From positions 18,476,001 through 18,540,000 of the forward strand of contig OZ360236.1 in assembly GCA_977017645.1 (NCBI GenBank): a DNA stretch of 64,000 nucleotides, written 5' to 3'. Under the pieces are notes generated by a model, which worked only from the letters and a program-made list of their open reading frames with translations, ran no database searches and was not told the DNA's origin. Position 1 is the stretch's first letter. Each line of letters opens with the position of its first letter. The translations under genes were made by a program, and so were the position numbers. Origin of the DNA: Torpedo marmorata. Its lineage: Eukaryota. Of this stretch, positions 10,651-25,551 are shown piece by piece.

Positions 10651-13600
10651 CATGTATATAGTGACTATATTGCCTAGAAAGAGGACAGAACTGTGCCTCC
10701 TAACATGAGTGGAGGTAGATATTAATGTCCTTGTTACATCACAGAATAAAATAAAGGAAGAACGCTTTCTTCAGAAAGAGTGACATGACATCTTTCTTTT
10801 AGGATCTTACCCCCATGGTCATTGGAATTGGAACTGAAAACTCTTGCACTGTTTTTTCCCTCCAAAAGGGATAGGCATGTGATTCATCATGGGATGATAC
10901 AGTAGCTTAAAGAACGAAATTCCAAGAACACCCTTAGCTCTGCTGACTTGAGTTGTTTTAATGCTTCACTCCAATACTGCCAACTGCATTGCTTCAGGAA
11001 CAGCACTATTATGGAAATACTTAAATCACTGAAAATGACAGGGCCAGTTTACATTGACAAAGTCTTTGCAGTGGCTGGCCTATGTGAATTTGGAAGTGTA
11101 AAAGTTTTCAGCAAAAAACTTGCACCATGTTTTTATTAAAATGGATGTCTTCCCATTGGAAACCTGAACTGTTCTATGACTTTTTTTCCCATCTATATAT
11201 TGTTAAAAACAATTCCAAAACAAACCAGATTTCATTTATCTCTTTTAAATGACCTTCATCAGTTACTGCTAATTAGACTGTTAAGCCACTTCTCCAATCT
11301 TCCATCTCAATAAACTCTGTGTCACAAATGTTTTAATATATTTTGCATAAGACTTGTTCAAATATGTTGCCAGAGGTGTACTCAGTTTTTGATCTGAGCA
11401 TTCATCTATCTTCAACTTTCCCCTATTCTTTCAAAGACCATAAATCCTGAGGTTTCCAATTAGATCATTTTAATGCAGGAGAAATCTGGTTAGTATTACA
11501 ACATCAACACTTGGGAAACCAGGCCATTAAATAATCTGAAATAATTCAAAGAAATAATTGGTCCTTTTTTCCATCCATAGATGGATTTGTGAACAGGTCT
11601 TTTGTGTACACTATATTCTTCATACTTCAGTGATTTTGTTTTTGGATTATGCCATGGATGTTGTCTTTTTAGCACATTGTTAACACCAACGTAATACAGC
11701 AAACCTCTCACTTTTTTTATTTTAAAAGATCCCTTCTTTCATAATAAAGCCCCATATTTTCAGTTGTGGATTGTGGACTTGGGAGGAATAATTATGTTTT
11801 GAATGTAATTCCACCTGAGGGGAATTTTGAGAGAAATTTCACAGGGAATGTAAGTTCACCAATGAAATTAAAATCTGGTTGAACATGCTTTTAATTTGTA
11901 AAAATCTGACTATAAGTGTATCCACCTTAAATTGTCAAGTTAGTTGAGGAATACAGCAATAAACTGTACTCTAAGGTCTTTGCATTGGACTGAACCTACA
12001 CCTTTGACTTCTCAATAATTATCACAAATTGATGCTATAATTGCTTTTTACAAGTCAGAATGCTGTATGCCATTCTGTTATGTTAGAACACCACGACTAC
12101 AGCCACGTTGTCAGAAGGTGCCTGATGTACCTCAGCTGGCTCTGGAAAAGCCTAAAAAAAATTGAAGTGGCATCATTGAATATTGAAGGAGAGATGAATT
12201 GCTGTTACATGATCTCAGAGACTATCCATTGCAGAATTTATTTTCCGATTAACCAAATGGTAGGTTTGAGGAAAAATGAACAACATCAACATATTTTGAC
12301 TAATAACTTTGGATCATATTGGAGGTTTTAATGTTGATTTCATTTGAAATATTTACCCCATTGATTCATTCAAAGATTATTCACATCATACAAAATTTAG
12401 CTTCATTAGATTATCAACTTTGGCAAAGGGATAGGCTCTAAGGACTATTTTGAAAAGGGTGGTGGGGTAGGAAAGAGAGAACTATGGATGAAATTCAAGA
12501 GTGTAATCCTGAAAGAGTTTTAGACACCGTTATTAATGTTAGGGCATAGGAAATCATGGTTGTAAAAAAGGACCAGATGTGTAGAAGCACTGATTTCTTG
12601 TTGGGTACAGATGCTTAGAGAGGTGGGGCTGCTGAAGGGTTTGTCAACATAGATGAGAATTTCTAAGTTAAGGTATGATAGGTTAGGATTTAATATAGGA
12701 TCGTAAATGAAGGGGTGATAGGAGAATGGGACAGTGTGAATTCATATGCCAATGATAGAGTTTTGACAGTTGAGACTGAGGATAACAAAGCCATTGCATG
12801 AATTTCAATAGTATGTGATTGGTGGCGGAGATAAACGTAGCATTATTACAAAACAGGAAGCTTCAGTTGTGGAAGAAATAAGATGAAACCTCAGTTCAGG
12901 ATCAATTCAAATAAACAAGTTATGATTCAATCTCAGAAACTGGTCAAGAAGGATGATGGCATTGGAGGGTGGGGCACAGAATTTGTGGTAGGGTCAAGAC
13001 AATTGCAAGTTTGGAACATTTTTCATGTTAAGATGGTTTCTGTGTAATTAACATTTAATCTACTGTATTTTGAGCAAATATTTTCAAAAGCTCTATTGAA
13101 TTTGCCAGATTCTTTGGTGTGAGTACTGATCAATGGCTTAGTGGTACTGTTAAATCAAGAAATAATAATAAGCCCTTCCTAAATTGAGTGAAGTGAATAA
13201 TCCTTGCAGATGTAGTAATGGTCCACCTCCAGATGACCAGGAATTGAAGGGGAAAGCAGAACTAAGTGTTGAAGGCCAATGGTTTTCTTGGAAGAACACC
13301 AGAAAACTAAATTGGTGGCATTTGTCACTCTGAATGAGAGAAGCTAAAGTTGTGCAGAGCATATACAGTATGTTGGTATACACTGTTAATGCATATTCAG
13401 TATTTTTCAGTAAATTTAGTTGGTTTGTATGTATTTAGTATTTTTAAGTACAGTATTTGTAAGACGTATTAATCCTGCTGTAGTGTAATTAGAATACCGG
13501 TACATGTTAGGTATCGAATTGCTTATTCAGATGGAAGGGTTTCTGTTGCAATTTCTCAAAATATAAAGTTTTCGGCATTTTTTTGCTCAATATTAAACAA

Positions 13601-13973
13601 ACCCAATTGAGCTTTCCTTTCTTGCTTTCTCTCCCCCCCCCCCCTTCTGTCTTAAAAAGTACAGATATCAGTAACCTTCACTATTTTTGCCCTACAGGGC
13701 AAAAGAATGCAAAATAGATAAATGCAAGAAAAATTAAAGTGCATGTATGGGCAGTACTGTTGCCTGAATTTGAGGAGACTTGCTTGCACATTTAAAAAAA
13801 AACAAGCTTGTCAAAAATTTGTCATCTTCTGGATATCTTATACTATTCTGGCAAACTTGTTCAATGGACAGTTGTTCCAATTGCATTCCTAACCATCTGG
13901 TGCTTGGGATGAGAAGCCTAACAGAACTGGTATTTTTTTTGCACCCTAACAATTGCTGATCATCCCATTTTGA

Positions 13974-14228
<255 letters not shown>

Positions 14229-14831
14229 TGATAAAAGATAGTTAAAACTGCGGTGAGGGAAACGGGTATGAATTTGTACAAATTCATTAATTAAGAAAGT
14301 TGGATTTTTAAAAATTATGTGTGATAAATTTGGATGAAAGATGCATGTAGCCACAATTCCTAAGATAAAGTTCATTAATAACACAAACTGGTATGGATAC
14401 AGGGAACTGACTGAGTTGCTAAAGAACATGATTAGCTTTCTGTGAGCTTGATGGAATATTTCTTTATTGTATCATTAACCCTTTGAGCAAAAAAGATAGA
14501 ATCAAATAATTTATTGATTTTCTTTTTCTAAGTTCCAGGTTTTGTAGATATGTTAATTCATCTGTAGTACTTTTACAATCAGCAGCTTTAGAAGCTGGCA
14601 GATAAATAATTCATCATGTTTTTCAAAGGGTTAATGCAGTAAGTTGGTGTTAAACTTGATGGCTTCGGACTCATTTGGTATTCTTGTCATTCAGAGTAAG
14701 AGAAATGTCTGACTGAAGATTAATGGTGCACTCCCTGGAAGGTTGCATTCAACAGCATGTGAAACTTTATTGTGCTGAGGTGGTTCCCAACTCTTACAAC
14801 ATCAGCAGATTTGTGTGTTTTTGTTTAATAA

Positions 14832-14996
<165 letters not shown>

Positions 14997-15986
14997 TAAC
15001 TGTTATTTCTAGAGGGGATATATTCCTGATGTTAAATCAGCTTATCAGTTAAGGTTCTTGAATGGTAGTGAAGTAAAACATGAAAGTCTGCAGACACCAT
15101 GGTTGAAGTAAAAACAATGCTGGAGAAACTCAGCAGGTGAATGATAGTGAGGTAACTCCACACCACAGTGAGTGGGGGGGGGGGGGGTTGGTGGGGGGAG
15201 GGGGTTGGTGGGGGGAGGAATCTAACTGTGTTTAAATAATACTCTTAAATATTTAGTATAAAATTATCTATATAATTAATAATAAGCCATAAAGGATCAA
15301 ATACAGTACTTTTAGATGGCATCGTTTCAGAAATATTAAAACATAATAAACTATATGATCACAACTTTTCCACATTCCTTTTTCAGAGTGATGTTAGTTA
15401 CCAGGCACTCAAAAACATGAGGCACTGGGTTTTATTTTAACATGCTTGCCTGGACCAACAGTAATTGCAGAGGAATCTACTGCGTCCATATGCCTCGTAG
15501 AGGTTCAACCTCAAACTCCCAGTAACTGCAGAAGTTATTTTTTTTGAGAGTGCCGTCCAGAGCTAAATACCCTGTTCCTTGCAAACACGAACTGCTGATG
15601 GAAGTGATGAGAAATGCTGTTTTCAGAGATCAATGACATTTGAAAAAATTTCTGTCTTTCAAATCCATCTTTTCATATAAATACTCCTGCAATCTCAGTT
15701 GCTGTTTCAGATCACTTATTCAGGAGTGATCCAGAGGAAATTCTCTTCTGCAATATCACACTCCCAATTGGAGCAACCACATTGTTTGCTGACATCCATT
15801 CCATCGAGATGGGTAACATGAAACTATACATAACTTTTCCTTCTCATGGCATTGAGCATTGGCATATTAGTATTTCCATCAACATACCTTTTTACGATAG
15901 ACCATAAGTAAGGTTATTGGCAACAATTTATCATTACCCTGATCCATTCAGAGCTTAGCACTATACTGTCTCTAATTATGTAGATA

Positions 15987-16225
15987 GGCATGCTTAGTGT
16001 CGTGGTTAGCACAATGCTATTGTAGCGCCAGTTTGAATCTGGTACTGTCTGTAAGGAGTTTGTATGTTCTCCCCGTGTCTGCGTGGGTTTCCTCAGGTGA
16101 TTCAATTTCCTTCCACATTCCAAAGACATGAGGTTAATAGGTTAATTGGTCACATGGGTGTATTTGGGTCGTGGGCTGGAAGGGCTCGTATGTTGGAAGG
16201 GCCTGTTACCGTGTATCTCTAAAAT
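15987..16225 (+). mobile_element. V-SINE (HE1-like) copy
   Basis: tRNA-like head, V-domain GTTCTCCCCGTGTCTGCGTGGGTTTCCTC, and CR1-like tail GGGCCTGTTACCGTG. Confidence 0.85.
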
Positions 16226-16446
16226 TGTATGTGCAGAACAGCAGCAGGCTGTGCTAAATGTAATTTGCAAGATTTGTCATGCCATGACTAATCAGTTGCC
16301 ATAATTGTGGAGCAGCTGTGTTCTTTTTTCAAATTCTTTCTTCAAATAGCAAATGAAACCCAAGCTTCATTGAAGTATTTTCCTAAACAGTGATTTTGTT
16401 TTTGATTATTCTTTGCTTGTTAAAATACTGTGCTACTTTTTAACAG

Positions 16447-16539
16447 ACTGAACCCTTCCAGAAGCCAGTTTCATTAGAACAACATCCTGATTATGCTGAA
16501 TATATCTTTCATCCAATGGACATCTGCACATTAGAAAAG
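16447..16539 (+). CDS. ZMYND8: ZMYND8 exon (bromodomain)
   Basis: taacag|[31 protein letters not shown]|gtatgt. 93 nt. Confidence 0.96.
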
Positions 16540-17094
16540 GTATGTCAGAACTGAGGGACTCTGGTTCACTAATTAGGTCCCTATTGTACGGATTTTTAAT
16601 TTTTAAAAATTCATTTCATTATTTTCCTAGGTGTTTAATTGCCCCTTTCTTGTTGTTTACCTTTGTTTTACACCAAGTTTAAGTGCCCCCCCCCGAGAAA
16701 AACCATCTCAATCCTGGTTCAAAATAAATGCACATACTTTATAGATCAATTTCAGTTTGTTTCAGTCTAGTGCCATCCAGTGGAAGGGATTGAATTTAAC
16801 AGCACCATACTTTAATAAACTTGCACACTTTCAAGGTTAAGTGCAAGCAAATTCATTGTTTTCTCCGATATCTGTCAAGGCTAAAGTTGTGTATCTAGAA
16901 AATGAACTCCTTGTTTCACTTAATATTATGCATGCTTTGATTATAACATTTATTTTGTGGATGTTAGATTGTGCCAGGGATCTTTTACTGTTTGAATATT
17001 GACATTGAGGAAATTGAGCTAGGCATTGCGGGGAACAATTTACATTTGTGGATCAAATGTTTATCTGCCATCAGTTGGACATCTAATGATGTCA

Positions 17095-17403
17095 TAAGAC
17101 CATAAGACATAGGAGCAGAAATAGGCTCTTCAGCCCATCGAGTCTGCCCCGCCATTTAATCATGAGCTGATCCATTTTCCCCACTCAGCCCCGGCCTTCT
17201 CCCCATAACCTTTGATGCCCTGGCTAATCAAGAACTTATCAATCTCTGCCTTAAATACACCCAATGACCTGGTCTCCACAACTCCCTGTGACAACAAATT
17301 CCACAGATTTACTACCCTCTGGCTAAATAAATTCCTCCGCATCTCTGTTCTAAGCGGACGCCCTTCAATCCTGAAGTTGCGCCCTGTTGTCCTTGACTTT
17401 CCC
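17095..17403 (-). mobile_element. CR1 LINE 3' end
   Basis: CATAAGACCATAAGACATAGGAGCAG tail. Minus ORF RTEMRRNLFSQRVVNLWNLL. Related pieces at ~20330, 45238-45510, ~61500 and ~62100-62240. Confidence 0.85.
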
Positions 17404-19207
17404 ACGTTTTCATGTTAACAGACAGAAATTGGCTATTAAATTTACATCTTGCAAACTGTATTTGCAACTCGCAAAACAACAAAACAAGGACCATATCCCA
17501 CAAGGGATTGGCAAAAAGACAAGACTTAGAGGCCCCCCCTCCCTCACTTTTCCATTGCTCTCTGTATTTGCAAGCCTCAAATTAGTGTTCAGTATATAAG
17601 TATGTATTAAACAACATTGCCATTGTACTATGAGTTATCAGTCTTTCTACACTGTGTGGAGCAGAGATATGCGTGCAGTCTCAGCAAGTGTGATGGATCC
17701 ATGTCTGGGGCTACCCACTGCACTGGACAGATGACAGTAGGTTGGACGATGCAGAAGAGAGGCCAGACATACTGAAGTCTTGATTCTCTCCCCACATCAT
17801 GCTTTGCTGCAGCTACTCTGTTTACCATGGAGAGCATTTCCCTGAGGCTATGACTCACTTCCTGTAAGTCAGAACCACAATGATACAGCAGCTGTGAGAT
17901 ATGCTGGTAGCTGCTACCTGGAACTGTGCAGGTAAAAGTTTTTATGCAAGAGCCAGGTTGAAAATCATCCAAAGAACCTTTGCCTCCTTCTTGCATATGT
18001 TCAGTGCAATTTTATTTTCAATGATTAAAGTAAACATGTTCCAACTGTAAGTTACCAATTTATTATTCTGTTTTAGTTGCATTTGAACAATTGTGTTTTT
18101 GTTTAATTTTTGTGACCCTTGCCTCCTCCATCATACATTATCATAAAGATGGATTGATCCAGTCTAAAAGGAAAAGCCTTAGTGCTTTGAAGAGAAGAGA
18201 ATTGGGCCTTTTGGCCTAACTGACCCAATATTTATACTTGCGACCAATCTTCCTTTCTTTTCTATCTTATCTATCTTCTCAAAGCATCTGTCCTTTTTGG
18301 GAGTTGGTTTCATGTTCTGAAGAATTTCGGCCTAAATACCTTTCTGAATTTGCTTGTGGATAGTGCTAAAATTCTGAATCTTAATTTTGGAGTCTCTGTA
18401 AGACTTCACTCTTCTCTGTCAAACCCCTTCATAATTTAAATATCATGGTTTCTTTCTGTAGAAGAGCCACAAAGAGCTTATTTTTTAAATTTATAGTTAT
18501 GACCCATTATTATGTTTGTATATGTTTTGTCAATCAATCACAGGATGCAGGCATTGTTGGAAAGCCCAATAGTTAATACCCATTCTAAACTGCCCTTGAA
18601 TTGCTAAACATGTCATTTCAGAAGGGTGATAGAATTGCTGCGAATCTGCAGTTGTGCTTGCTGGGAAAGGACAGTAGGTTTGTTTCCTAAAGAACATGAA
18701 CAAATAGTTTTTACTAATGCTAATTCAGTTGTTTCACTGTACTGCACTGTAACAGGAAGTTTCCTTTCATGGCAGAATCTAAAACTTGGCATAGTTTCAG
18801 ACTAAGGAGTTGTCCATTGCAGGTGGAGGTGCAGAAGAATTTCTTCTGAGGATCAAGAGTTCATGAAATTCTTCATAACAGAATTCTAGATGCTGAGTCA
18901 GTGAAAGTCAGTGAACCAATACAAGGATGAGGTAGATAGATTTTAGTCAACAGGGGATTGAGAATTCCAGGGAATATGCAAAAAAAATGAGGCTGAGGAT
19001 CCGAACAGCCATGACATTACTGAGCGAGCATCTCTGAGGGGCCATTTGACTTGCATCTGCTCTATTTCTTGTAATTGTTCTTAACTAGCTATTTCTTCCA
19101 GCTTATTCAATTTGAATTCAATGAAATTTGAAATCCGAACTAGATCATTTAGACTAGATCTTCAGTAACATCATTACTTTACCACTGTACAAAATTGTAC
19201 TTTCTTT

Positions 19208-19261
19208 GGTGTTTTTGAATATAGAGACCAGAAATGTCTGGTCTCTGTATTTAAAAACACC
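19208..19261. repeat. Inverted repeat: 25-bp stem, 4-nt loop
   Basis: GGTGTTTTTGAATATAGAGACCAGA-AATG-TCTGGTCTCTGTATTTAAAAACACC. Confidence 0.9.
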
Positions 19262-19510
19262 TAATTGTGGCCTTAGCAATCTCTTATGTCTGTTTTCTAG
19301 AAATTGACCTTGCCTTTCTCCCTCCTCTCATAAACTTGTCTCTTTATTTTATGGCCTAGTTAATATGTGTTGCTCCTTCAAACAATTTATCAATCTCCAA
19401 CAAATCCCTTTGCTCTTTACACCTGTGTTTTTTAATTGACCTTGTTGTATTTTGTACATCAAAATTTCCTCGCCATGTGTATCCCATATTCTTGCCAAAT
19501 TGTGTAACAA

Positions 19511-19662
19511 TCTGCGTGGGTTTTCTCCGGGTACTCTGGTTTCCTCCCACTCTTCAAAATGTATGGAGATTGTAGGTTAATTGGGGTATTTGGGCGGCAC
19601 GGGCTCGTGGGCCAGAAAGGCCTGTTACTGTGCTGTATGTCTAAATTTAAAATTTAAATTTT
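19511..19662 (+). mobile_element. V-SINE, 5'-truncated
   Basis: V-domain and tail ending CTAAATTTAAAATTTAAA. Confidence 0.8.
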
Positions 19663-20153
19663 TTTGCGTTAAATTTTAAAAAAATTAGCTTAACAGGCCC
19701 CTCTCGTTTGTTTTTGTTGAACACGATGGATCTGTCATTGAATTAACTGGCTCTTTCAAAATTGCCTTCCGACAATCCACGAGTACAATAAGTGATTGAG
19801 TTTAAATTGGGGCCACAATTTATGTGAGTGAAACTCAGTTTCAGCTCTTGTGTGTTATAACAATCTTCAGCAAGCCAATTTCAAACAGAATCTTGGACAG
19901 AATGTTTAATTTTGCCTTTGACACAATTTGGTAAATGCCTCGCTGTTCAATGAGAATATAATGACATGATTGCACACAAGTTACACAGTGGATGGGTGAA
20001 GTGTATTAATTAACTACTCCATCAATTGGACTAAACAACTATGCTCTCACTAAAGTTGGACTAAATTGTGTGACCTTGTGGATTTTTTTAGAGTAGTTGT
20101 TGTATTATAACTAAATGTACATTTGATATTATTGAGTATTTCTATTCTTTCAG

Positions 20154-20241
20154 AATGTCAAGAAGAAGATGTACGGTTGCACAGAGGCTTTCCTTGCTGA
20201 TGTTAAATGGATATTACATAACTGTATCATATATAATGGAG
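20154..20241 (+). CDS. ZMYND8: ZMYND8 exon (bromodomain, conserved YN)
   Basis: tttcag|[29 protein letters not shown]+G|gtaaat. 88 nt, phase 0-1. Confidence 0.96.
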
Positions 20242-20886
20242 GTAAATATGATTATTAAAGAAAATATGTTAAAGAGCATACTTTTTTAGTAATACTGTAT
20301 TATCTTTTATTCTTTAATACTGATGTATATAAGACCATGACATAGGAGCAAAAATAGGCTATTCAGCCATAGAGTCTGCCCTGCCATTTAATCATCTACA
20401 GTGAAGGAATATGTTGATTCAATATTACTTTATGATGTAAGGAATTGGAAATATTTTAAAATACATAATACATAACTTTTAATATCAACTGTAACAATTG
20501 GTAAAACTGCAGTAAAATTGAAGCCCAGCATCATAGGTTAATATAATTACCGGTATTTAAATTTGTGTCTCAAAGATTTGACTATTTGCCCTTTATGGAC
20601 CCATGGTTTATAGAAGTAAGAATAAGAAACCTACTGCAGAACATAAAATAGAACCACAGTTATATAAATGAGTGCAAATTGGGCACTTTTCCATAATCTT
20701 TCCTATTATTCCTGTGTTTTCCAATAACATCCAGGATTATATGTGTTGCACTCAATTTGCCGATGTTGAGGTGTCACTAAGATCTGACTGTGAATGGGAA
20801 TGCTGCTGACGATTGTACAAAATTATGGTAACTTACAAACCACGTTCTGGAAAAAATGACGCTTGTTTTTGAAACCTCTTCCTCTT

Positions 20887-23800
20887 TTTTTTAATATATT
20901 TTATTTAAAATTTTAAATCACACAATACACTGAATAAAATGCAAAATTATCAAAATACATGTGATACATTTTCTCCCCCCCAACCTCCCTCCCCACCCTA
21001 ACCCTCCCACCCCTACTAATCTATAAAATAAAAAGAAAGAAAGAAAAAGATAGAATAAGGAGAATGTCAATCTACAAAAAAAGAACAACTATAGACTAAT
21101 TTTATTGTGGAAAATAGGTTCACCAGTCAGATCTGATATCCAGAGACCTTCAAATCCTTAAACCAACCGCTTTTATATATGGGCTCCATATTTTCAAAAA
21201 TAAATTATATTTATTACGTAAATTGTAAGTAATTTTTTCAAGTGGTATACATGAACGAACTTCTGCATGCCACCTTTCTAACCCTAAGTCTACATCAGAT
21301 TTCCAAGTAATAGCAATACATTTCTTAGCAACAGCTAAAGCAATTCTCAAAAACTCTATTTGATACATATTTAATTTCATCTTAATACTAATTCTTTTAA
21401 TATCTCCAAATAAAAATATCATAGGATCCATTGGGAGTATCATTCTTAATACTTTGTCTAAAAACTTTTTAACTCTCAACCAAAAATCATATATCTTTGG
21501 ACAGAACCATGTAGAATGTACAAAAGAACCTTCTTCTCTATTACATCTGAAACATAAACCTGATAATGTCGGGTTAAATTTCTTTAATTTTTTAGGTGTT
21601 AAATATAATTGATGGAAAAAATTATATTGCATTAATCTATATCTGACATTAATAATCTTAGTCATACTTAGTTTACATAATTATTTCCAATGTTTTTCAT
21701 CTATAGTTACATTCAAATCTAATTCCCATTTTAATCTTGATTTGTGAATTGCTACTTTAGGCATTTTCCTCTGTAATAATCTATACATTTGAGAAATAAA
21801 TTTATTTACACCTCCATTAGTAACTAATAATTCAAGCTCACTTTGTCTTGGTAAAGTCAAACTATGACCCAACCTTTCAACTAAAAATGCTTTAATTTGG
21901 AAATAAGCAAAAAATGTATTATTTAATACATTAAACTTATCTTTCATTCTTTGAAAAGTAATAAATTTACCAGCTTCAAAACAATCATTTATTTTCTTAA
22001 TTCCCTTTTGAAACCAAATTTTAAATAGTTGATTATCAACAGCAAATAGAATAAGTTTATTTTGATATAAAGGCATTCTTGGCGAAATTAAGCCTTTCGC
22101 TCCTATCTCCTTATCCACTCTATTCCATATTTCTAACAAATGTTTAAAAATAGGAGAATTTTTCCCTCTCAATAGTACTAAATTAGAATTCCATTTATAA
22201 ATAACTTCTTCTTTCAAATCTTCTCCTATATTATTTAATTCTATTCGAATCCAAGCAGAAGATTTTGCTGAGTCAAACATTTCATTAATAAATCTTAATT
22301 GAGCTGCTTTATAATAATTTTGAAAATTGGGAAGTTGTAAACCACCCAATTCATAATTCCAAGTTAATTTCTCCATAGCTACTCTAGCCAACTTTCCTTT
22401 CCACAAAAACTTCCTAATAATTAAATTTAAATCTTTAAAAAATTTCTGGGGAATTTCATAAGGAATTGATTGAAAAAGATATTGAATTCTTGGAAAGACA
22501 TTCATTTTAATACAATTTACCCTTCCTATTAAAGTTATAGGTAAATCCTTCCAACTTTCTAAATCTTTTTTAATTTTCACAAATAATGGTAAATAATTTA
22601 ATTTATATAAATTAACTAATTTAGTGTCTATCTTTATACCTAAATATTTAATTCCTTCGTTTGACCATTTAAATTGTGTAATTTCTTTACATTTACTATA
22701 ATCCCCTTGTGTTAATGCCATAATTTCACTTTTATCAGAATTAATTTTATAACCAGATATCTCCCCATATTCTTTCAATAAAACATCCAATTGTATTAAA
22801 GAAGTAATAGGTTTTGTCATATATATCAGTACATCATCTGCAAATAAACTAATTTTATGCTCTTCCCTTCCAACTTTAGTACCCGCAATCTTGATATCTT
22901 GTCTAATTAATTCTGCCAAAGGTTCAATTGCTAAAATAAATAATGCAGGTGACAAACGACATCCTTGTCTTGTCGACCTAGTCAACAAAAATTTTGAAGA
23001 AATTTGTCCATTTGTAACCACTCTGGCTGAAGGCTCTTTGTATATAGTTTTAATCCAATTAATAAATATAGTGCCAAAACCAAATTTTTATAATACTTTA
23101 AATAAATAATTCCACTCTAATCTGTCAAAAGCCTTTTCAGCATCTAATGCTAATACTAATGCCAATTCCTCTTTCTTTTGAGCCACATTAATTAAACTAA
23201 TTAACCTAGCTATATTATCTTTTGAATATCTATTCTTAATAAAACCTGCTTGATCCTCATGAATTAAATCTGGTAAATATTTAGCAAGTCTATTTGCCAA
23301 TATTTTCGCCATTATCTTATAATCCACATTTAACAATGAAATTGGTCTATATGATTCTGTTTTCAACAAGTCCCTGTCTTTTTTTGGTATAGCTGTTATT
23401 ATTGCATTCGAAAATGTTTCCGGTAGAGAGTGAGTTTCCGTTATTTGTTTTAACACCTCCATATATGGAGGTATCGATAAATCTTTAAATTCCTTATAAA
23501 ATTCTGATGGGAAACCATCCTCGCCCGGAGATTTTCCACTTGTTAAAGAACTAAGAACCTCATTAACTTCTCTCATCGTAAATGCTGAATCTAAAAGTTC
23601 CTTATTTTGAATATTCAGTCTAGGTAACTTAATTTTAGATAAAAATGCATTAATTTTGAAATCATCTTTATCAGTTTGAGATTTATATAAATTTAAATAA
23701 AATTCCCTAAAATAATCATTTATTTCTCGAGGTTTATACGTTATTTTCTTTGAATTCTTTTTTACAGCATTTATAGTTCTAGAAGTTTGTTCTTTCTTTA

Positions 23801-24078
23801 ATTGCCACACCAATACTTTATGTGCTCTTTCTCCCAGTTCATAATATCTTTGCTTAGTTCTTTCAATTACTTTCTCCATTTTATATGTTTGTAACGTATT
23901 ATAATACAATTTTTTTTCGATTAAATTCCTCTTTTTTTTCTTCTGATCTCTTCTTTTGTAAATCTTTCTCCAAAAATTCAATATCCTTCTCCAAATTATC
24001 TAATTCCTGAACATATTCCTTTTTAACCTTTGCTGAATAACTTATTATTTGACCTCTTAAATAAGCCTTTAAAGTCTA
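20887..24078 (-). mobile_element. L1-clade LINE, 5'-truncated ORF2 with few disruptions
   Basis: ORFs of 297, 446 and 171 aa with KSPGEDGF, YRPISLLNVDYK, LDAEKAFD, LFADD and CFRC motifs. TSD AAACCTCTTCCTCTT at 20872-20886 and 24079-24093. Same family as 1252-4354. Confidence 0.95.
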
Positions 24079-25314
24079 AAACCTCTTCCTCTTGTTCACT
24101 AAATTTCCTTGAGCCTGCTGCCTCCAGCTACTATTATGCTTTTGGTATCCATGCAGGACCACAGGAGTGTAATTGCTTATTTTAGCAGAAGAAATATGAT
24201 GGGCAGTCTTTATTCATCAGCAGTGTCAAACTATTTTCTCTTCATTGGTATTAGGATTCTTCTGGAACATTGAATGAATGATGCTGGTAAATATTTCCAG
24301 GCAATTCAACAATTGGGGGGGGGGGGGGGACATTGGAGATCAAACCAAACTCATTTTTTTGTTCGTGTTGTCGAGCCAAAGATGCATCGGATAGTATCAG
24401 AAAGTGGGAGCATCTTCTGTGTCAAATTACCCCATTCACTTCCTCTTCATTGCCCATGGATACTGAAGCTGTTAATGTTAGTATCTCATTGCTCCTCTGG
24501 CAGATATCTGTTATCTTGGTGCATACTGAAGATTAAGCATTTTACTCTTCATGCTTTCTGCATGACAGGAACATTTACCCACTAAGTTAATGAAGGACCA
24601 TTGGGAGCTTGTTTTGCTTATGGTGCAGGAACATGGTACGTGGGAGATACCAGCAATTGTCGCTCTTGTGAATGTCATTCTTCTTTGACTGAAGCAAAAC
24701 TGTGCTGGTTTAAAAATTGTTGTTTTACATTAAGATATCAGATAAGCTCTCAATCATTATTTTTATTCTTGCCAATTTTCTGACATTCACTACCGTATTG
24801 ACGCTGCCTTTTGATGCTTCAGATTAATCAGTTTTGAGGTCTTAAGAGCACAGATTCAAGACATACCAATTTGATTTGGTCATTGTGACATCAACAAGTG
24901 GCTGAGTGCTTTGTACGTGCCTGACAATGTCCTGGTAGTAGTGAGCTACCTGTGCCCACGTAAATCAGGGCTGGGCCAGCACGATCAAAAATGTCCCCAT
25001 TTTCCAACAATGAATTATCAGCAAAGTAAATCATTGTCTTCAGCATCTCTTTTATGTATCATTTATGCACTGTTCTGTACTGCAAAGTTTCTTTTGACCA
25101 CATGTTTAAGCCTATGGATTCTACCAACATGGAAGAGCAAAAGAAATGTATATTTGGGGAATATTCTTCTGCAAACTAGCTTGGATATATATTACCATAC
25201 ATTCATTGGAACCGAGTCAAAATCCTAGAATTTCCTTCCCACGCACCTTCTGGGACTATCTTCAGCACACAAGTTATCACAGTTCAAGAAGAAAGCTCAC
25301 CCTCATCTTCTCCA

Positions 25315-25551
25315 GGGTCGGCACGGTTAGTGCAACACTGTTACAGCGGCAGCGACCCGGATTCGAATCCCGCGCTGTCTGTAAGGAGTTTGTACATTCC
25401 CCCCCCGTGTCTGCATGGGTTTCCTCCGGGTGCTCCGGTTTCCTCCCACCCTTCAAAATGTACCGAAGTTGTAGGTCAATTGGGTATCATTGGACGGCAC
25501 GGGCTCATGAGCCGAAAGGGCCTGTTACCGTGCTGTTTGTCTAAATTTTAA
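25315..25551 (+). mobile_element. V-SINE copy
   Basis: Full head, V-domain and tail structure. Confidence 0.88.

Noticed and set aside
13210-13333. Upstream ZMYND8 exon (ttgcag acceptor, SNG codons)
   Set aside because: No frame matches the ZMYND8 N-terminal sequence and there is no suitable donor before stops. The real upstream exons seem to lie outside the window.
15174-15218. G-rich tract with quadruplex potential
   Set aside because: Low-complexity homopolymer runs, common in this genome and prone to sequencing error.
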